DNA of 38,492 bases, taken from Bdellovibrionota bacterium (GTDB lineage Bacteria; Bdellovibrionota_C; UBA2361). Made by a program: the position numbers and the translations under genes. Shown here one piece after another: positions 10,174 through 19,851 of the stretch; within the stretch, counting starts at the first letter, position 1, and each line of letters opens with the position of its first letter. The notes beneath the pieces were generated by a model. The model was not told where the DNA came from, ran no database searches, and saw only the letters and a program-made list of their open reading frames with translations. The DNA lies in assembly GCA_044352465.1 (NCBI GenBank), contig JBILDU010000015.1:1-38492 (forward strand), written 5' to 3'.

Positions 10174-10290
10174 TTAGCGCCGGCGCGCGTTTGGTCTTAC
10201 CCGCACCGGCACCGGTCGACCAAAGAGTTGCCACGCTAGTGCCCCGACCGCTGATTTAATCGAAGATGCTATGTCTTTGATCTTATTCAT
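10174..10290 (-). CDS. possible 38-aa small protein (MNKIKDIASSIKSAVGALAWQLFGRPVPVRVRPNARRR)
   Basis: Hand-translated ATG-to-TAA ORF in a long intergenic region; amphipathic N-terminus and basic tail; no clear SD. Confidence 0.35.
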   Translation of the reverse strand: MNKIKDIASSIKSAVGALAWQLFGRPVPVRVRPNARRR

Positions 10291-10668
10291 GTTGAAGCCG
10301 TGTTCGGGATTTCGTTACCTACCGGGTAGTTACCCATAAGATGCTATCGGCGCAGATGGGAACGATGTTTAGTTTTAAAAAATCGCCCGTTCAGCTTGCT
10401 TCTCCATCCCCCGGCCACTTTTTTACTCTCAATTAGTTCGCTCAAAAAACCTGCTAAGGCTCAGTCCAGGGGGCCCACACGAGGGGTGCGCCGCAGACTC
10501 CTGATAGGCTCCGGCGATCGCGTATTCTCATAACGTCGGTATAAAACAAACCTTAGTAGTTTGGGGGGTCTATTCGCTCGTTTCCGATTATTTCGACCGC
10601 TTGTTGAGGTCAAGTTTTCAATAGAAAATGACGAAGCTTTCTTACGAGATTTTCTGTCCGATTCGCCC

Positions 10669-12372
10669 ATGACCAAAGATAAAGCCCCTGACACCGACAC
10701 TTCTTCCGCAGGGGCAGAGGGAGCGCGTAACCAACCTGGGGCCCTCGGTCTCCTTCTTCCGCCCGATCGCGCGGTGTGGGCCGAAGCGCGTCGCTTGGTG
10801 GGTAACAAAAATATTCGTGTTGAGGATCTGGCTATATGCGCGGCCCAAGATCCGATCATCGTTATCGAGCTCCTCCGCATCGCCAATGCCATGTTCTTCT
10901 CCGGCGGACGATCGCCGATCACTTCGGCAAAAAGCGCGATAATCCGACTCGGTTCGGACGTTGTTTTGGAGACCCTCGATAAAATCGGTGAGCGTCCCGA
11001 TACCGAAGATCCCAAAGTATCGGTCTATGTTGAGGAGCATCGTCAACGCGCGAAGCGTTTCTCGATCGTTGCGACGATTCTGTCTGAGGCCCTGGCGCGT
11101 AATCTGACCGAAGATGCGCAGACCTCGGCGCTCTTTGCCTCGATGGGTGAGCTGCTCGCGGCGGCTTTCTTTAAGAAAACGTACGTCGAGTTAGCGGCGG
11201 GAAATTCTCGCTCGTCGCTGCACTATCGCTTGGTGCAGGATCATAAGTTTGATTGCGAAAAGATGGGGGTGCTGTACCTTCGCCGTAACGGCATCCCTGA
11301 AGCGATTCTTTTTGCCCTCGATCGCCAGGCGGCATCGCGCGTGCCGGAACGGGCGATACTCCGTCCGCTCTGTCAGGCTGCGGTGGAGATGTGCGACGCC
11401 TTCGATGGTAAACGTTGGGAGAAGCTCGCACCGGGCAAGCCGATTCCGCCGAAGAGCGCAATCCGCATGTTGCAGATCCCCGATGCGCAGTATCTCAAGA
11501 TCTACGAGCGAGCATCTGAATACCTCTTCTCCGCCAAGGTTATCGAGGATATGCGGCGCGAAGGCGGCGCTCCTCGGCCGGCAGCGACGAGCCCAGCGCC
11601 TGCCTCGACGGGTGATAGCCGGGCGGAGCTCGACTCCGAGATAGGTGCACTCGTTAAAGGAGTGGGGGTCGAATTCGAGGAGGAGCTGGCGCCGCCTCAA
11701 CCTCCGAGTGGCCGTGCGGCATCGCCAGGTGAGCGCGCTGCTCAGGTGAAGGTCGCGGGCGCAGTGAAAGGCGTGGTCGAGTCCCGTGAGGTGCTGGACC
11801 AGTTCGGTCTCAGTGGAGCCAAGGCGCAGCCCAAGAAGGTCGCCCGTTCCAACGACGTAAAGCTTGTCGAACCCCCAGTTATTCATACCCCAAACGGCAC
11901 AACGATCGTGACCGCGATCACCGACTCGTTTGAGAATGCAACGCGAAGTGAGGATCTCCTCGCGGGACTGCTGCAAGCGTTGGTTGATAAGGGACCGTTC
12001 GAGAAGTCAGCTCTTATCGTGGTGTCGAAGGACCGTCGTTCGGCGGTGGTTGTTGCCGCGCGTGGTCCGAATATCGGTAACGGGCAAAAGTTAAGCCTCG
12101 ACGATCCGTTGTCACCGCTCGCTCAATGTTTTTCGAAGGTGCAGTCGTTCGGAAACAAAGAGAGTCCGACCTCTCCGTTCGGGAGCAAGGCATTCGCGCT
12201 TTCGCCGATAGATGCTGATCACGACACCCCGGTAGCTCTGTACGCCGATTGCGGTAACTCCGGTTCGTTGTCTTTTGAAGCGCGCCGAATCTTTCGTACC
12301 GTTGTCGATGTTTTAAACCAAAAGCTACCTTCTATCCCCGGTGGTATCCCAGTCGAGATCTCGGTCCCGTAG
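10669..12372 (+). CDS. HDOD-domain signalling protein with a C-terminal GAF-like region
   Basis: QDPIIVIELLRIANA..ITSAKSAIIRLG HDOD signature; Pro/Ala-rich linker; C-terminal ALIVVS..ALSPI..ALYAD pattern. Start set at ATG 10669. Confidence 0.8.
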   Translation: MTKDKAPDTDTSSAGAEGARNQPGALGLLLPPDRAVWAEARRLVGNKNIRVEDLAICAAQDPIIVIELLRIANAMFFSGGRSPITSAKSAIIRLGSDVVLETLDKIGERPDTEDPKVSVYVEEHRQRAKRFSIVATILSEALARNLTEDAQTSALFASMGELLAAAFFKKTYVELAAGNSRSSLHYRLVQDHKFDCEKMGVLYLRRNGIPEAILFALDRQAASRVPERAILRPLCQAAVEMCDAFDGKRWEKLAPGKPIPPKSAIRMLQIPDAQYLKIYERASEYLFSAKVIEDMRREGGAPRPAATSPAPASTGDSRAELDSEIGALVKGVGVEFEEELAPPQPPSGRAASPGERAAQVKVAGAVKGVVESREVLDQFGLSGAKAQPKKVARSNDVKLVEPPVIHTPNGTTIVTAITDSFENATRSEDLLAGLLQALVDKGPFEKSALIVVSKDRRSAVVVAARGPNIGNGQKLSLDDPLSPLAQCFSKVQSFGNKESPTSPFGSKAFALSPIDADHDTPVALYADCGNSGSLSFEARRIFRTVVDVLNQKLPSIPGGIPVEISVP

Positions 12373-12665
12373 ATCAGGCGGCCTCACTCTTCCAATGCGA
12401 AGGCCCTCCAAGGAGATGAGGGTGTGAGGAATTCAGATGCCCCGCCGCGCTGGAACCCGCATAAAAACTCATTAAAAGGGGCCCGCGGCGCGGATTGCCT
12501 CTACCGGGGCGATCGTCTACTCTGATGCAGGTATTGGAAACTTTGAGCAATATAGTTTCGTGAGCTCGGGAGCGGGGAACGATCGCTTCATGGAGTTTGG
12601 CTCACCGGGAGTCGTGCTCGTCATAAAAAGAGCTGATTCTAAACTTTCTTCAGAGGGTATCGTGT

Positions 12666-13184
12666 ATGTTCTCAACTCGTGATTTCGTCGCTGGTTTCGC
12701 GGCTTTAGTCGTGGGTGGTGCTGTTGTTGCGGCGCCGGCAGCGGCTGAGTTTAAAGTTGCGACCGTTGATGTCGGTCGGGTCCTGAATGAGTCGAAAGGC
12801 TCGAAGGAGATGCGCAACAAGCTTGATGAGATGTCATTGAAGACCAAGAAAGAGATCGAAGCGAAGCGGAGTAAATTGAAGGCCACCGAAGAGAAGTTGA
12901 AGGCGGCGAAAGTTGCTGAGGATTCCCGCGAGGCGGAGGCTTTTCGCGACGATGCGCGCGCGTTCGCTCGGTACGTAAAAGATGCCGAAGAGGACATGAA
13001 GCGGGAGTTTTTGAAAGTAAACAAGGATCTCACTGAGCGAGCGCTGGGAGCGATTAAGCGTTACGCGGAAGCCAACAAGATCGACCTCGTGCTCGATAAG
13101 AGTGAGCAAGCCCGGGGGCCGGTTCTTTTTGGGGATAAGGCCGCTGATATCACCCCGGCGATTATCGCGGACGTTAGTAAGTAA
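12666..13184 (+). CDS. skp: OmpH/Skp periplasmic chaperone
   Basis: Signal peptide, KVATVDVGRV, charged coiled coil, IDLVLD..VLFG..DIT. Confidence 0.9.
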   Translation: MFSTRDFVAGFAALVVGGAVVAAPAAAEFKVATVDVGRVLNESKGSKEMRNKLDEMSLKTKKEIEAKRSKLKATEEKLKAAKVAEDSREAEAFRDDARAFARYVKDAEEDMKREFLKVNKDLTERALGAIKRYAEANKIDLVLDKSEQARGPVLFGDKAADITPAIIADVSK

Positions 13185-14024
13185 ATGTCCGGTGCACCGA
13201 CGGTGATCGCTCCCCTTGAGCAAGCGATGTTCGATGCCCTGGAGGGCGATGGTCGAGCGGCACGCATTTTTTTCGAGCGACTCCTCGAGGGGCGTTTTTT
13301 CGTCCCGGAGAGACATCAAGAACGTGCTCTGAGCGATACACCGCTCTATCCCAACGACCTCCTCAATATCCTCGGTATTAAAGCTCCGGGGCGGGTAATC
13401 GTGCCGATATTCACCCGCAGCGAGCTCATCGAGTCGTGGTGCGGGGTGGCGCTACACCATCGAACGCTGGGGTTTGGTGATCTTCTAGCGATTATTCCGG
13501 ACGGTTGGTGGGTCTGCCTGAATCCCGGTGCTGAGGTCGAGAAGGAGCTTTCGCCGTGGGAGCTCGGGCTCTTAAAGAGTGGCGCTCAGGTCATCGATGA
13601 GCTGATCGAGGAGTTTAACTCCGATAACACCACCCCGACGGTACAGATACGCGCGCTCGAGGCGGGTGAATACGAGGATCTACGACGGGGGCTCGTAGCA
13701 TACGGCGAGGGAGAACCGGAGATCGCCCGGCTTTTGCTCCTCCGTGAAGAGGGCGGCGAGTCTCGCACCCCAACCGTTCTCATCGGAGTGGAGTGCTTCT
13801 CGAGTGAGCGCAAGGTGCTCGATCGGATTAAAGCTCAGGTCGAAGCCGAAGCCGCACGGGGGCTGATCGGTGGTGATGGTGGCAGAGTATTGGTCGGCGG
13901 CAAAGAGACCAACAACTTCGCGCTTACCCTTTTTAGTCGCGCGGAGCCTCTCTTCCTGCGCTCAAATCAGATGAAGCCGAGCCTGTGGGGGAAGATGAAG
14001 GGTATTTTTGGTGGTGGGGCGTAA
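13185..14024 (+). CDS. SseB family protein
   Basis: FFERLLEGRFFVP, VPIFT and VCLNPG motifs; start abuts the skp stop (TAAATG). Confidence 0.65.
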   Translation: MSGAPTVIAPLEQAMFDALEGDGRAARIFFERLLEGRFFVPERHQERALSDTPLYPNDLLNILGIKAPGRVIVPIFTRSELIESWCGVALHHRTLGFGDLLAIIPDGWWVCLNPGAEVEKELSPWELGLLKSGAQVIDELIEEFNSDNTTPTVQIRALEAGEYEDLRRGLVAYGEGEPEIARLLLLREEGGESRTPTVLIGVECFSSERKVLDRIKAQVEAEAARGLIGGDGGRVLVGGKETNNFALTLFSRAEPLFLRSNQMKPSLWGKMKGIFGGGA

Positions 14025-14030
14025 GCCGCT

Positions 14031-14708
14031 TTAACTGCTCGCCCGACGGAGGGTGCGCGTGCCGCCCGGAGACCCCACGATCACCTCGGTAGCAAAATCG
14101 ATAAATAGCCCGGTCTCGACGACTCCCACGATCGACTTCAATTTGAGCTCAGTTGAGCGGTCGATCAAGGGAAGTCGCACGTCGACGATAATATTCCCCG
14201 CCTCCGTGATAACCGGTCCCTTTTTGCCGTTACCCTCACGAACGGTGATCTCGGTGGGGTTAAGTTCGCTTAGTTTTTTCTCAACCACGGCGATCGCCTC
14301 CGGTACTACTTCAAGGGGGATGGCGCAGTTTTCTCCGAGCTTTGTCACAAGCTTTGACTCGTCGACGATGACGATAAACTCCTTACACCGGGCCGCGAGG
14401 ATCTTTTCTTGGAGAAGCGCACCCCCTTTGCCTTTGATGAGCCAGAGATCGCCGTTGACCTCATCGGCGCCATCGAATCCCCACGAGAGCTCACCGCGAA
14501 ATCCAGCATAGAGAACGTCGAGTCCGATCTCCTGACATCGCCAGGCCGATTGGAGTGAGGTCGGTACAACTTTAAAGTTCAGTCCTTCTGCCCTGACCCG
14601 TTTCCCTATCTCAACGAGTGCAGCATCAACGGTCGAACCGGTGCCGACCCCGATAACCTCTCCGTTTTTTACCCGCCGGGCGAGGGCTTGGGCGACGATC
14701 TCTTTCAT
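14031..14708 (-). CDS. rpiA: ribose-5-phosphate isomerase A
   Basis: GVGTGSTV, DGADEV, IKGKGGALLQEK and GVVETGLF; strong GGAGG SD before ATG 14708. Confidence 0.96.
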   Translation of the reverse strand: MKEIVAQALARRVKNGEVIGVGTGSTVDAALVEIGKRVRAEGLNFKVVPTSLQSAWRCQEIGLDVLYAGFRGELSWGFDGADEVNGDLWLIKGKGGALLQEKILAARCKEFIVIVDESKLVTKLGENCAIPLEVVPEAIAVVEKKLSELNPTEITVREGNGKKGPVITEAGNIIVDVRLPLIDRSTELKLKSIVGVVETGLFIDFATEVIVGSPGGTRTLRRASS

Positions 14709-14793
14709 AACGTTATCCTCCCTCCTGTTATGGACCATAGGGGGCGGAATTTCAAATGGAATCGGGGTGTGGTACCGTTCGCGTCGCATGGAC

Positions 14794-15303
14794 ATGAGGT
14801 ATCGATATTATATCGCTTTCGGCGCAAATCTTGGGGACACCGAGGAAACGTTCCGCCGTGCGCTGGAGGAGGTCGGAAAGCGGATCGCTCCGGTCGACCG
14901 CGTATCGAAGCTCTATCGTACCGCGCCGCTTAATCCGCCGGAACTGCAGGAGAGCTCCCAGCCGGAGTTTTTAAATGCAGCCTTTAGTTTCGTATCTTGC
15001 AGGGAGCCGCTCGCGGTTCTTGACGAGCTCCTCGCTATTGAAAAACTCTTTGGCCGCGATCGTTCGCAGACAGTGCGGTGGGGACCCCGAACGATCGACC
15101 TCGATATACTCCTGGTGGGAGATCTTACGATTAACCAACCTCGTCTTGTCGTTCCTCACTCCGAGATGCATAAACGCGACTTCGTGCTTCGCCCCCTCGC
15201 CGATATTGGGGCGAATGAGAGGCACCCTGTGCTTCGGCGGTCCATAGGTGAGCTTCTCCAACACCTTGAGCGGGGTACGGGGGGCGAGTCTTCCCTGGTA
15301 TAG
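14794..15303 (+). CDS. folK: 2-amino-4-hydroxy-6-hydroxymethyldihydropteridine diphosphokinase
   Basis: YIAFGANLG, FLNAA, RWGPRTIDLDIL and VPH..RDFVLRPL. Start at ATG 14788 or 14794. Confidence 0.95.
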   Translation: MRYRYYIAFGANLGDTEETFRRALEEVGKRIAPVDRVSKLYRTAPLNPPELQESSQPEFLNAAFSFVSCREPLAVLDELLAIEKLFGRDRSQTVRWGPRTIDLDILLVGDLTINQPRLVVPHSEMHKRDFVLRPLADIGANERHPVLRRSIGELLQHLERGTGGESSLV

Positions 15304-15469
15304 CCCGTAATATTGAGGCGAAGTCCCACCTTCCACGAGGCTATCCCCGAGTCTCCAGCGCCATAACCATAGAGAATGGCCGGTGCTCCGATTTTTTCGG
15401 GGTGAAAGGCCCCGTTGCGTCGTAGAAGTCGTCGCGGCGGGGGCGGCCAGTTGTCCGAGAGGTTGTGTG

Positions 15470-16051
15470 ATGGTTCGACTGTGTCGTTTTTTCGGGGTTT
15501 CCCTCTGTTTTGTGCAGCTTCTGATGTGGAGCCCGTTCGAGGCGGTAGCTCAAGATAGCCCGATGGACATGGCTATTCCCGACTGCTTGGCGGGAGGGGG
15601 TGGCGGGGAAGGGGGGGCAGGTTCGTCGCACGAGGAGATAATTAAGAGATTTACCGAGCTAAGTAATGAGTTTCTTCGTAATTCAGAACGACGGATGGCT
15701 GAATGTTTTTCCCTTGGTTGGGTGAGAGAGGTGCCCTCATCGACCCCGCCGCAGGAATGTCGGTTCCACTCATTTAACCCAATAAAAGACAGTCCGTGGT
15801 TGAAGTTCGAGTCTGGCACTCCGATCACCGGGGATGACAGTGGCATGATCGACAATAGAAGGACGTGGATCTCGATGCGGGACCCGATTAGCGGCAAAAA
15901 TTCTCCGATACCCGGTCTCGGTTTTGGTTACGAGGTTCATACCTACGGCTCCACCGAGCAGTCGTTTGATACCCTTAAGCGAGACGGATCCGTTGCGCTC
16001 TACTACCACCCTTTGCGCCTTATGCTTACCTGTGGAACCGATATGTTTTGA
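15470..16051 (+). CDS. hypothetical exported protein
   Basis: GAGAGG upstream of ATG 15470; signal-peptide-like N-terminus (..FEAVAQD); Gly-rich linker; four Cys in the mature part; no family recognised. Confidence 0.55.
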   Translation: MVRLCRFFGVSLCFVQLLMWSPFEAVAQDSPMDMAIPDCLAGGGGGEGGAGSSHEEIIKRFTELSNEFLRNSERRMAECFSLGWVREVPSSTPPQECRFHSFNPIKDSPWLKFESGTPITGDDSGMIDNRRTWISMRDPISGKNSPIPGLGFGYEVHTYGSTEQSFDTLKRDGSVALYYHPLRLMLTCGTDMF

Positions 16052-16104
16052 TTATGTGGGATCGCAAAAAATGTCTTATGGACACCAAGGTTTTTTCGAT
16101 ACCA

Positions 16105-16932
16105 TTAGACTCTCCGAGGTGGATTGCCCCTCGAATCCCCCGTCCGGGGTAACGCCCCACGGAGCATCTTCTCGCACACCCAGGTGGTGAAATCGATCGG
16201 CAGCAAGCGACTGCCGAGGCTCATAAACGCCGCGCGAATCCCTGGGACGATAAAAGCTCTATCTCGCTCGAGAGCACGAATCGCCTCTCGGACAACGAGT
16301 TCGACCGGATCGCGTTTCGAGCCGGTGATGTGTCCCTCAATACGGGCTACCCCAGCGAATTCTGTTTCGGTCGGGCCGGGGCACAACGTCACGACGCGGA
16401 TTCCGAATGCACGTAGTTCGTGGCGCAGGGCCATCGCCTGAACGACGTTGAACGCCTTGGTGGCGGAGTAGGTCGCCATGTAGGGGAGTGGCTGAAAGCC
16501 CGCAACCGAAGAGACAGAAAGAATTGCTCCCGCGCGACGGGCTTTCATCTGGGGGATGACCGCGTGAGCGATAAGGGTCGAGGCGAGGACGTTCGTGGCG
16601 ATGAGCTCCGCTTCGGTTTCCAGTTTGATCGATTCGAAGTGGCCGAACGAACCGCGCCCCGCGTTGTTGATGAGGATATCAACCTCGCGGGTAGGGATCA
16701 GCGCGAGCAGTTGGTCGAGGTCCTCGCGGTTTGAAAGATCAACGACGTCGAATCGAGCCGACCCAGCGCGCATCCTGTTGAGCTCCCTCGCGAGAGCAGC
16801 GAGATTCTCCGCTCGGCGCGCGACGAGCCAGACGTTGCATCCACGCCGGTGGAGTTGGCGGGCGAATTCCGCGCCGATCCCCGCCGATCCTCCGGTAATA
16901 AGAGCGGTTTTGCCATTAAAATCTAGGGACAC
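16105..16932 (-). CDS. short-chain dehydrogenase/reductase
   Basis: TGGSAGIG, NNAG, YSATK and LCPGPTETEF. Confidence 0.93.
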   Translation of the reverse strand: MSLDFNGKTALITGGSAGIGAEFARQLHRRGCNVWLVARRAENLAALARELNRMRAGSARFDVVDLSNREDLDQLLALIPTREVDILINNAGRGSFGHFESIKLETEAELIATNVLASTLIAHAVIPQMKARRAGAILSVSSVAGFQPLPYMATYSATKAFNVVQAMALRHELRAFGIRVVTLCPGPTETEFAGVARIEGHITGSKRDPVELVVREAIRALERDRAFIVPGIRAAFMSLGSRLLPIDFTTWVCEKMLRGALPRTGDSRGNPPRRV

Positions 16933-18005
16933 GGCTCCTCCTTAATCGAGAACCATCGGGCGACACGGGTTGGTGATTCCTGGGCTCGCTCCATCACGAG
17001 ACGGCGACGGTAGAGCGCTCGCGGCAGGAGTTTAAGAAGCTCCCCGATTGCTCCAAGAGATGAGCGTTCGCGCAGTGGAAGGGCTAAAAGAACGATCAGA
17101 TTACGCACGATCATTCCGTAAAGGGTCGCCTGAAGAGAGGCGGCCGGGATGAAGTTATTTAATTGAAGCAGGAATCGATTTCGCACCCCAAGGCGGTTGA
17201 GGAGGGGCGGAAGGGTCGCGCGCCTTTCCGGGGTGACCACCCGCTCGTGATACCCGAGGGCGGTAGGGACGTAGCGACACCGCACCCCGAGTATCTGGGC
17301 GCGCCAGGCGAGGTCAGCATCCTCTCGATAGGCGAAGAAAGCCTCGTCAAAGAGGGGAGCACCTCTCTCGGCACGGAGAAAGGGGTACAACGCCTCGAGT
17401 GGGGTGTCGACCGAGCTCGAGTCCACCAGCAGCGCCTCGACCGCAGCGCGCCGGATAAGCAGGCACGCCCCCGAGCCTCCAAATACGTAGCTTGGTTTGT
17501 CGTAGGCGCCGGTGTCGAGTTCGTTGGAGCCCCGATCGAAATGGCGGAGGGCGGGGGTGAGGTACATCCCCGCAGCGTCAAGTCGCCGAGGTTCGACCGG
17601 ATCGAGTGCGCCGTTCGCCCGTAAAAGTTTCGGGCAGGCGAGTCCTGCCGCCGGGTCTTTCTCGAGCGCCTCGACCATCGCTTGGAGCGCGCTCCTTTCA
17701 AGTCGTAGATCGGGGTTGAGGATGAGGAGGTAGGCTGCGCTGCTTTCTAAAAAGGCGGCGACCCCGCGGTTGTGTCCCGCGCAAAAGCCGATGTTTTCGC
17801 GCAGTGGCTCGAATGTGAGGGGAGTTTCGCGGTGGGACCTCACGTGGTCTGGGGTACCATCGTGTGAGGCGTTATCGGTGATGCGGATCGAGAGCTCTCG
17901 CCCGGGGATAAAGCCGCTCTGCTGGGATAATGCGGCAACGCACCGCCCGATCGTGCGGGCGTTGTTGAACGTCACGATGTGGGCGAAAACGCTCGGGTTC
18001 AGCAT
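16923..18005 (-). CDS. family 2 glycosyltransferase (WbbL/RfbF-like)
   Basis: IVTFN, DNASHDGT, NIGFCAGHN, LILNPD, SGACLL and FFAYREDADLAWR. Confidence 0.92.
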   Translation of the reverse strand: MLNPSVFAHIVTFNNARTIGRCVAALSQQSGFIPGRELSIRITDNASHDGTPDHVRSHRETPLTFEPLRENIGFCAGHNRGVAAFLESSAAYLLILNPDLRLERSALQAMVEALEKDPAAGLACPKLLRANGALDPVEPRRLDAAGMYLTPALRHFDRGSNELDTGAYDKPSYVFGGSGACLLIRRAAVEALLVDSSSVDTPLEALYPFLRAERGAPLFDEAFFAYREDADLAWRAQILGVRCRYVPTALGYHERVVTPERRATLPPLLNRLGVRNRFLLQLNNFIPAASLQATLYGMIVRNLIVLLALPLRERSSLGAIGELLKLLPRALYRRRLVMERAQESPTRVARWFSIKEEPCP

Positions 18006-18008
18006 CGG

Positions 18009-19775
18009 TTACTGTGAGAGCCGTTTCTTGAGATATTCGTGCTCGGCCCAGATCTCCGCCGGCAGTTTCGGCCCGAGTGAGCTTAGAAACTGGTATTGCG
18101 AATCGAGATCATCAAGCCACTCCTCGCGTTTGACCGACATGAGCTCTTTGATCGCGGCCGGTGCCAAGGTGAGCCCGGCGAGATTGAGGTCGTCGGTGCG
18201 GGGCTGACGTCCGAGCGGTGTGTCGATCGCTTCAACCGCACCGCTCGCACGGCGATGGATCCACTCAAGGACGCGCATATTGTCCCCGAAGCCTGGCCAC
18301 AGGAATTCGCCCTGGTCGCTCGTGCGGAACCAATTGACGTGGTAGATGCGGGGCATCTTTGAGCCTCCCCGCATTCCCATAGCGAGCCAATGACGGAAGT
18401 AGTCCGCGGCGTGGTACCCGATAAAAGGAAGCATCGCCATCGGGTCGCGGCGAAGCTCGCCGACTTTGCCCGCGGCTGCCGCGGTCGTATTCGATGCCAT
18501 CGTTGCGCCGATAAAGGTCCCGTGCTGCCAGTTGTATGCCTCATAGACGAGCGGTGCCCCTTTCGAACGGCGCCCGCCGAAGATGATGGCTGATATCGGA
18601 ACCCCCTCGGGCGCTTCCCATTCGGGGGCGATGCTGGGGCATTGGCGGGCCGGCGCCGTAAAGCGTGAGTTGGCATGCGCCGCTTTTTGGCCCGATGCGG
18701 GGGTCCATGGCTTTCCGAGCCAGTCGGTGACGTTCGAAGGGGGCTCGCTCAATCCCTCCCACCACGGGGTCATGTCATCGTTGTTGAGCGCCACGTTGGT
18801 GAAGATCGTGTTGGCCTGAATCGTGCCGAGCGCATTTGGATTAGTTTTGGCCGAGGTGCCCGGAGCTACTCCGAAGAAACCCGCCTCTGGATTGATGGCG
18901 TAGAGTCGGCCGTCTGAGCCGAAATTGAGCCACGCGATGTCGTCGCCGATGGTCTCGACCTTCCACCCCGCCTCAAGGTAGCTCTGTGGCGGAATGAGCA
19001 TCGCGAGATTTGTTTTTCCGCACGCTGATGGGAAGGCGCCACAAACGTAGTGCTTCTCCCCTTGGGGGTTGGTGATTCCCAAAATAAGCATATGCTCCGC
19101 CATCCACCCCTCTTGCCGGGCGATAGTCGAGGCGATTCTGAGGGCGAAGCATTTCTTTCCCTGTAATGCGTTCCCGCCGTAATTTGAATTAAAGCTGATG
19201 ATCGTGTTGTCCTCGGGGAAATGGCAGATGTAGCGGTTCTCGGGGTCGAGGGCCCCGATCGAATGGACACCCCGTACGAACGCATTCGAATGATCGGCGA
19301 GGTTTTTCAGCGCCACATCGCCGACTCGGGCCATGATGCGCATATTCGCGACCACATAGAGCGAGTCGGTAAGCTCAAATCCCATGCGGGCAAAAGGTGA
19401 GCCGTCGGGCCCCATAAGATAGGGAACGACGTACATGGTGCGCCCTTTCATGCACCCCGCCATGAGTTCGTTCAAGGTTGCATACATCTCCGCCGGGGCG
19501 CGCCAGTTGTTGGTTGGGCCGGCATCGTCCTTCGAGCGGGAGCAGATATAGGTGCGATCCTCGACCCGCGCGACGTCGTTCGGGTTTGATCGGGCAAGAA
19601 AGCAGTTGGGGTATTTTTTCTCGTTGAGGGGAATGAAGGTGCCATCTGATACGAGGCGGTCGGAGATCTCCCGCCCCTCCTCGGCCGAGCCGTTGATCCA
19701 AACGATCCGCTCCGGTTGAAGCCGTTTCGCTACGGAGTCGATCCAGTTAAGTACGTTCTTGTTTTGGCACGTCAT
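18009..19775 (-). CDS. pckG: phosphoenolpyruvate carboxykinase (GTP)
   Basis: DVARVE, YGGNALQGKKCFALR, AEHM, AFPSACGKTNLAM, GDDIAW, NSRF and DPMAMLPF. Confidence 0.97.
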   Translation of the reverse strand: MTCQNKNVLNWIDSVAKRLQPERIVWINGSAEEGREISDRLVSDGTFIPLNEKKYPNCFLARSNPNDVARVEDRTYICSRSKDDAGPTNNWRAPAEMYATLNELMAGCMKGRTMYVVPYLMGPDGSPFARMGFELTDSLYVVANMRIMARVGDVALKNLADHSNAFVRGVHSIGALDPENRYICHFPEDNTIISFNSNYGGNALQGKKCFALRIASTIARQEGWMAEHMLILGITNPQGEKHYVCGAFPSACGKTNLAMLIPPQSYLEAGWKVETIGDDIAWLNFGSDGRLYAINPEAGFFGVAPGTSAKTNPNALGTIQANTIFTNVALNNDDMTPWWEGLSEPPSNVTDWLGKPWTPASGQKAAHANSRFTAPARQCPSIAPEWEAPEGVPISAIIFGGRRSKGAPLVYEAYNWQHGTFIGATMASNTTAAAAGKVGELRRDPMAMLPFIGYHAADYFRHWLAMGMRGGSKMPRIYHVNWFRTSDQGEFLWPGFGDNMRVLEWIHRRASGAVEAIDTPLGRQPRTDDLNLAGLTLAPAAIKELMSVKREEWLDDLDSQYQFLSSLGPKLPAEIWAEHEYLKKRLSQ

Positions 19776-19851
19776 GGTGGGGCCTTTAAAAGCTGAGTAG
19801 TAGCGAGAGGATAAGCTACTTGGTCGCTGATTTCAATCGGCCTGGATCCTC

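Noticed and set aside
14641..14795. Apparent head-to-head overlap of rpiA and folK
   Set aside because: Artefact of longest-ORF starts; the likely starts (14708 and 14788/14794) do not overlap.
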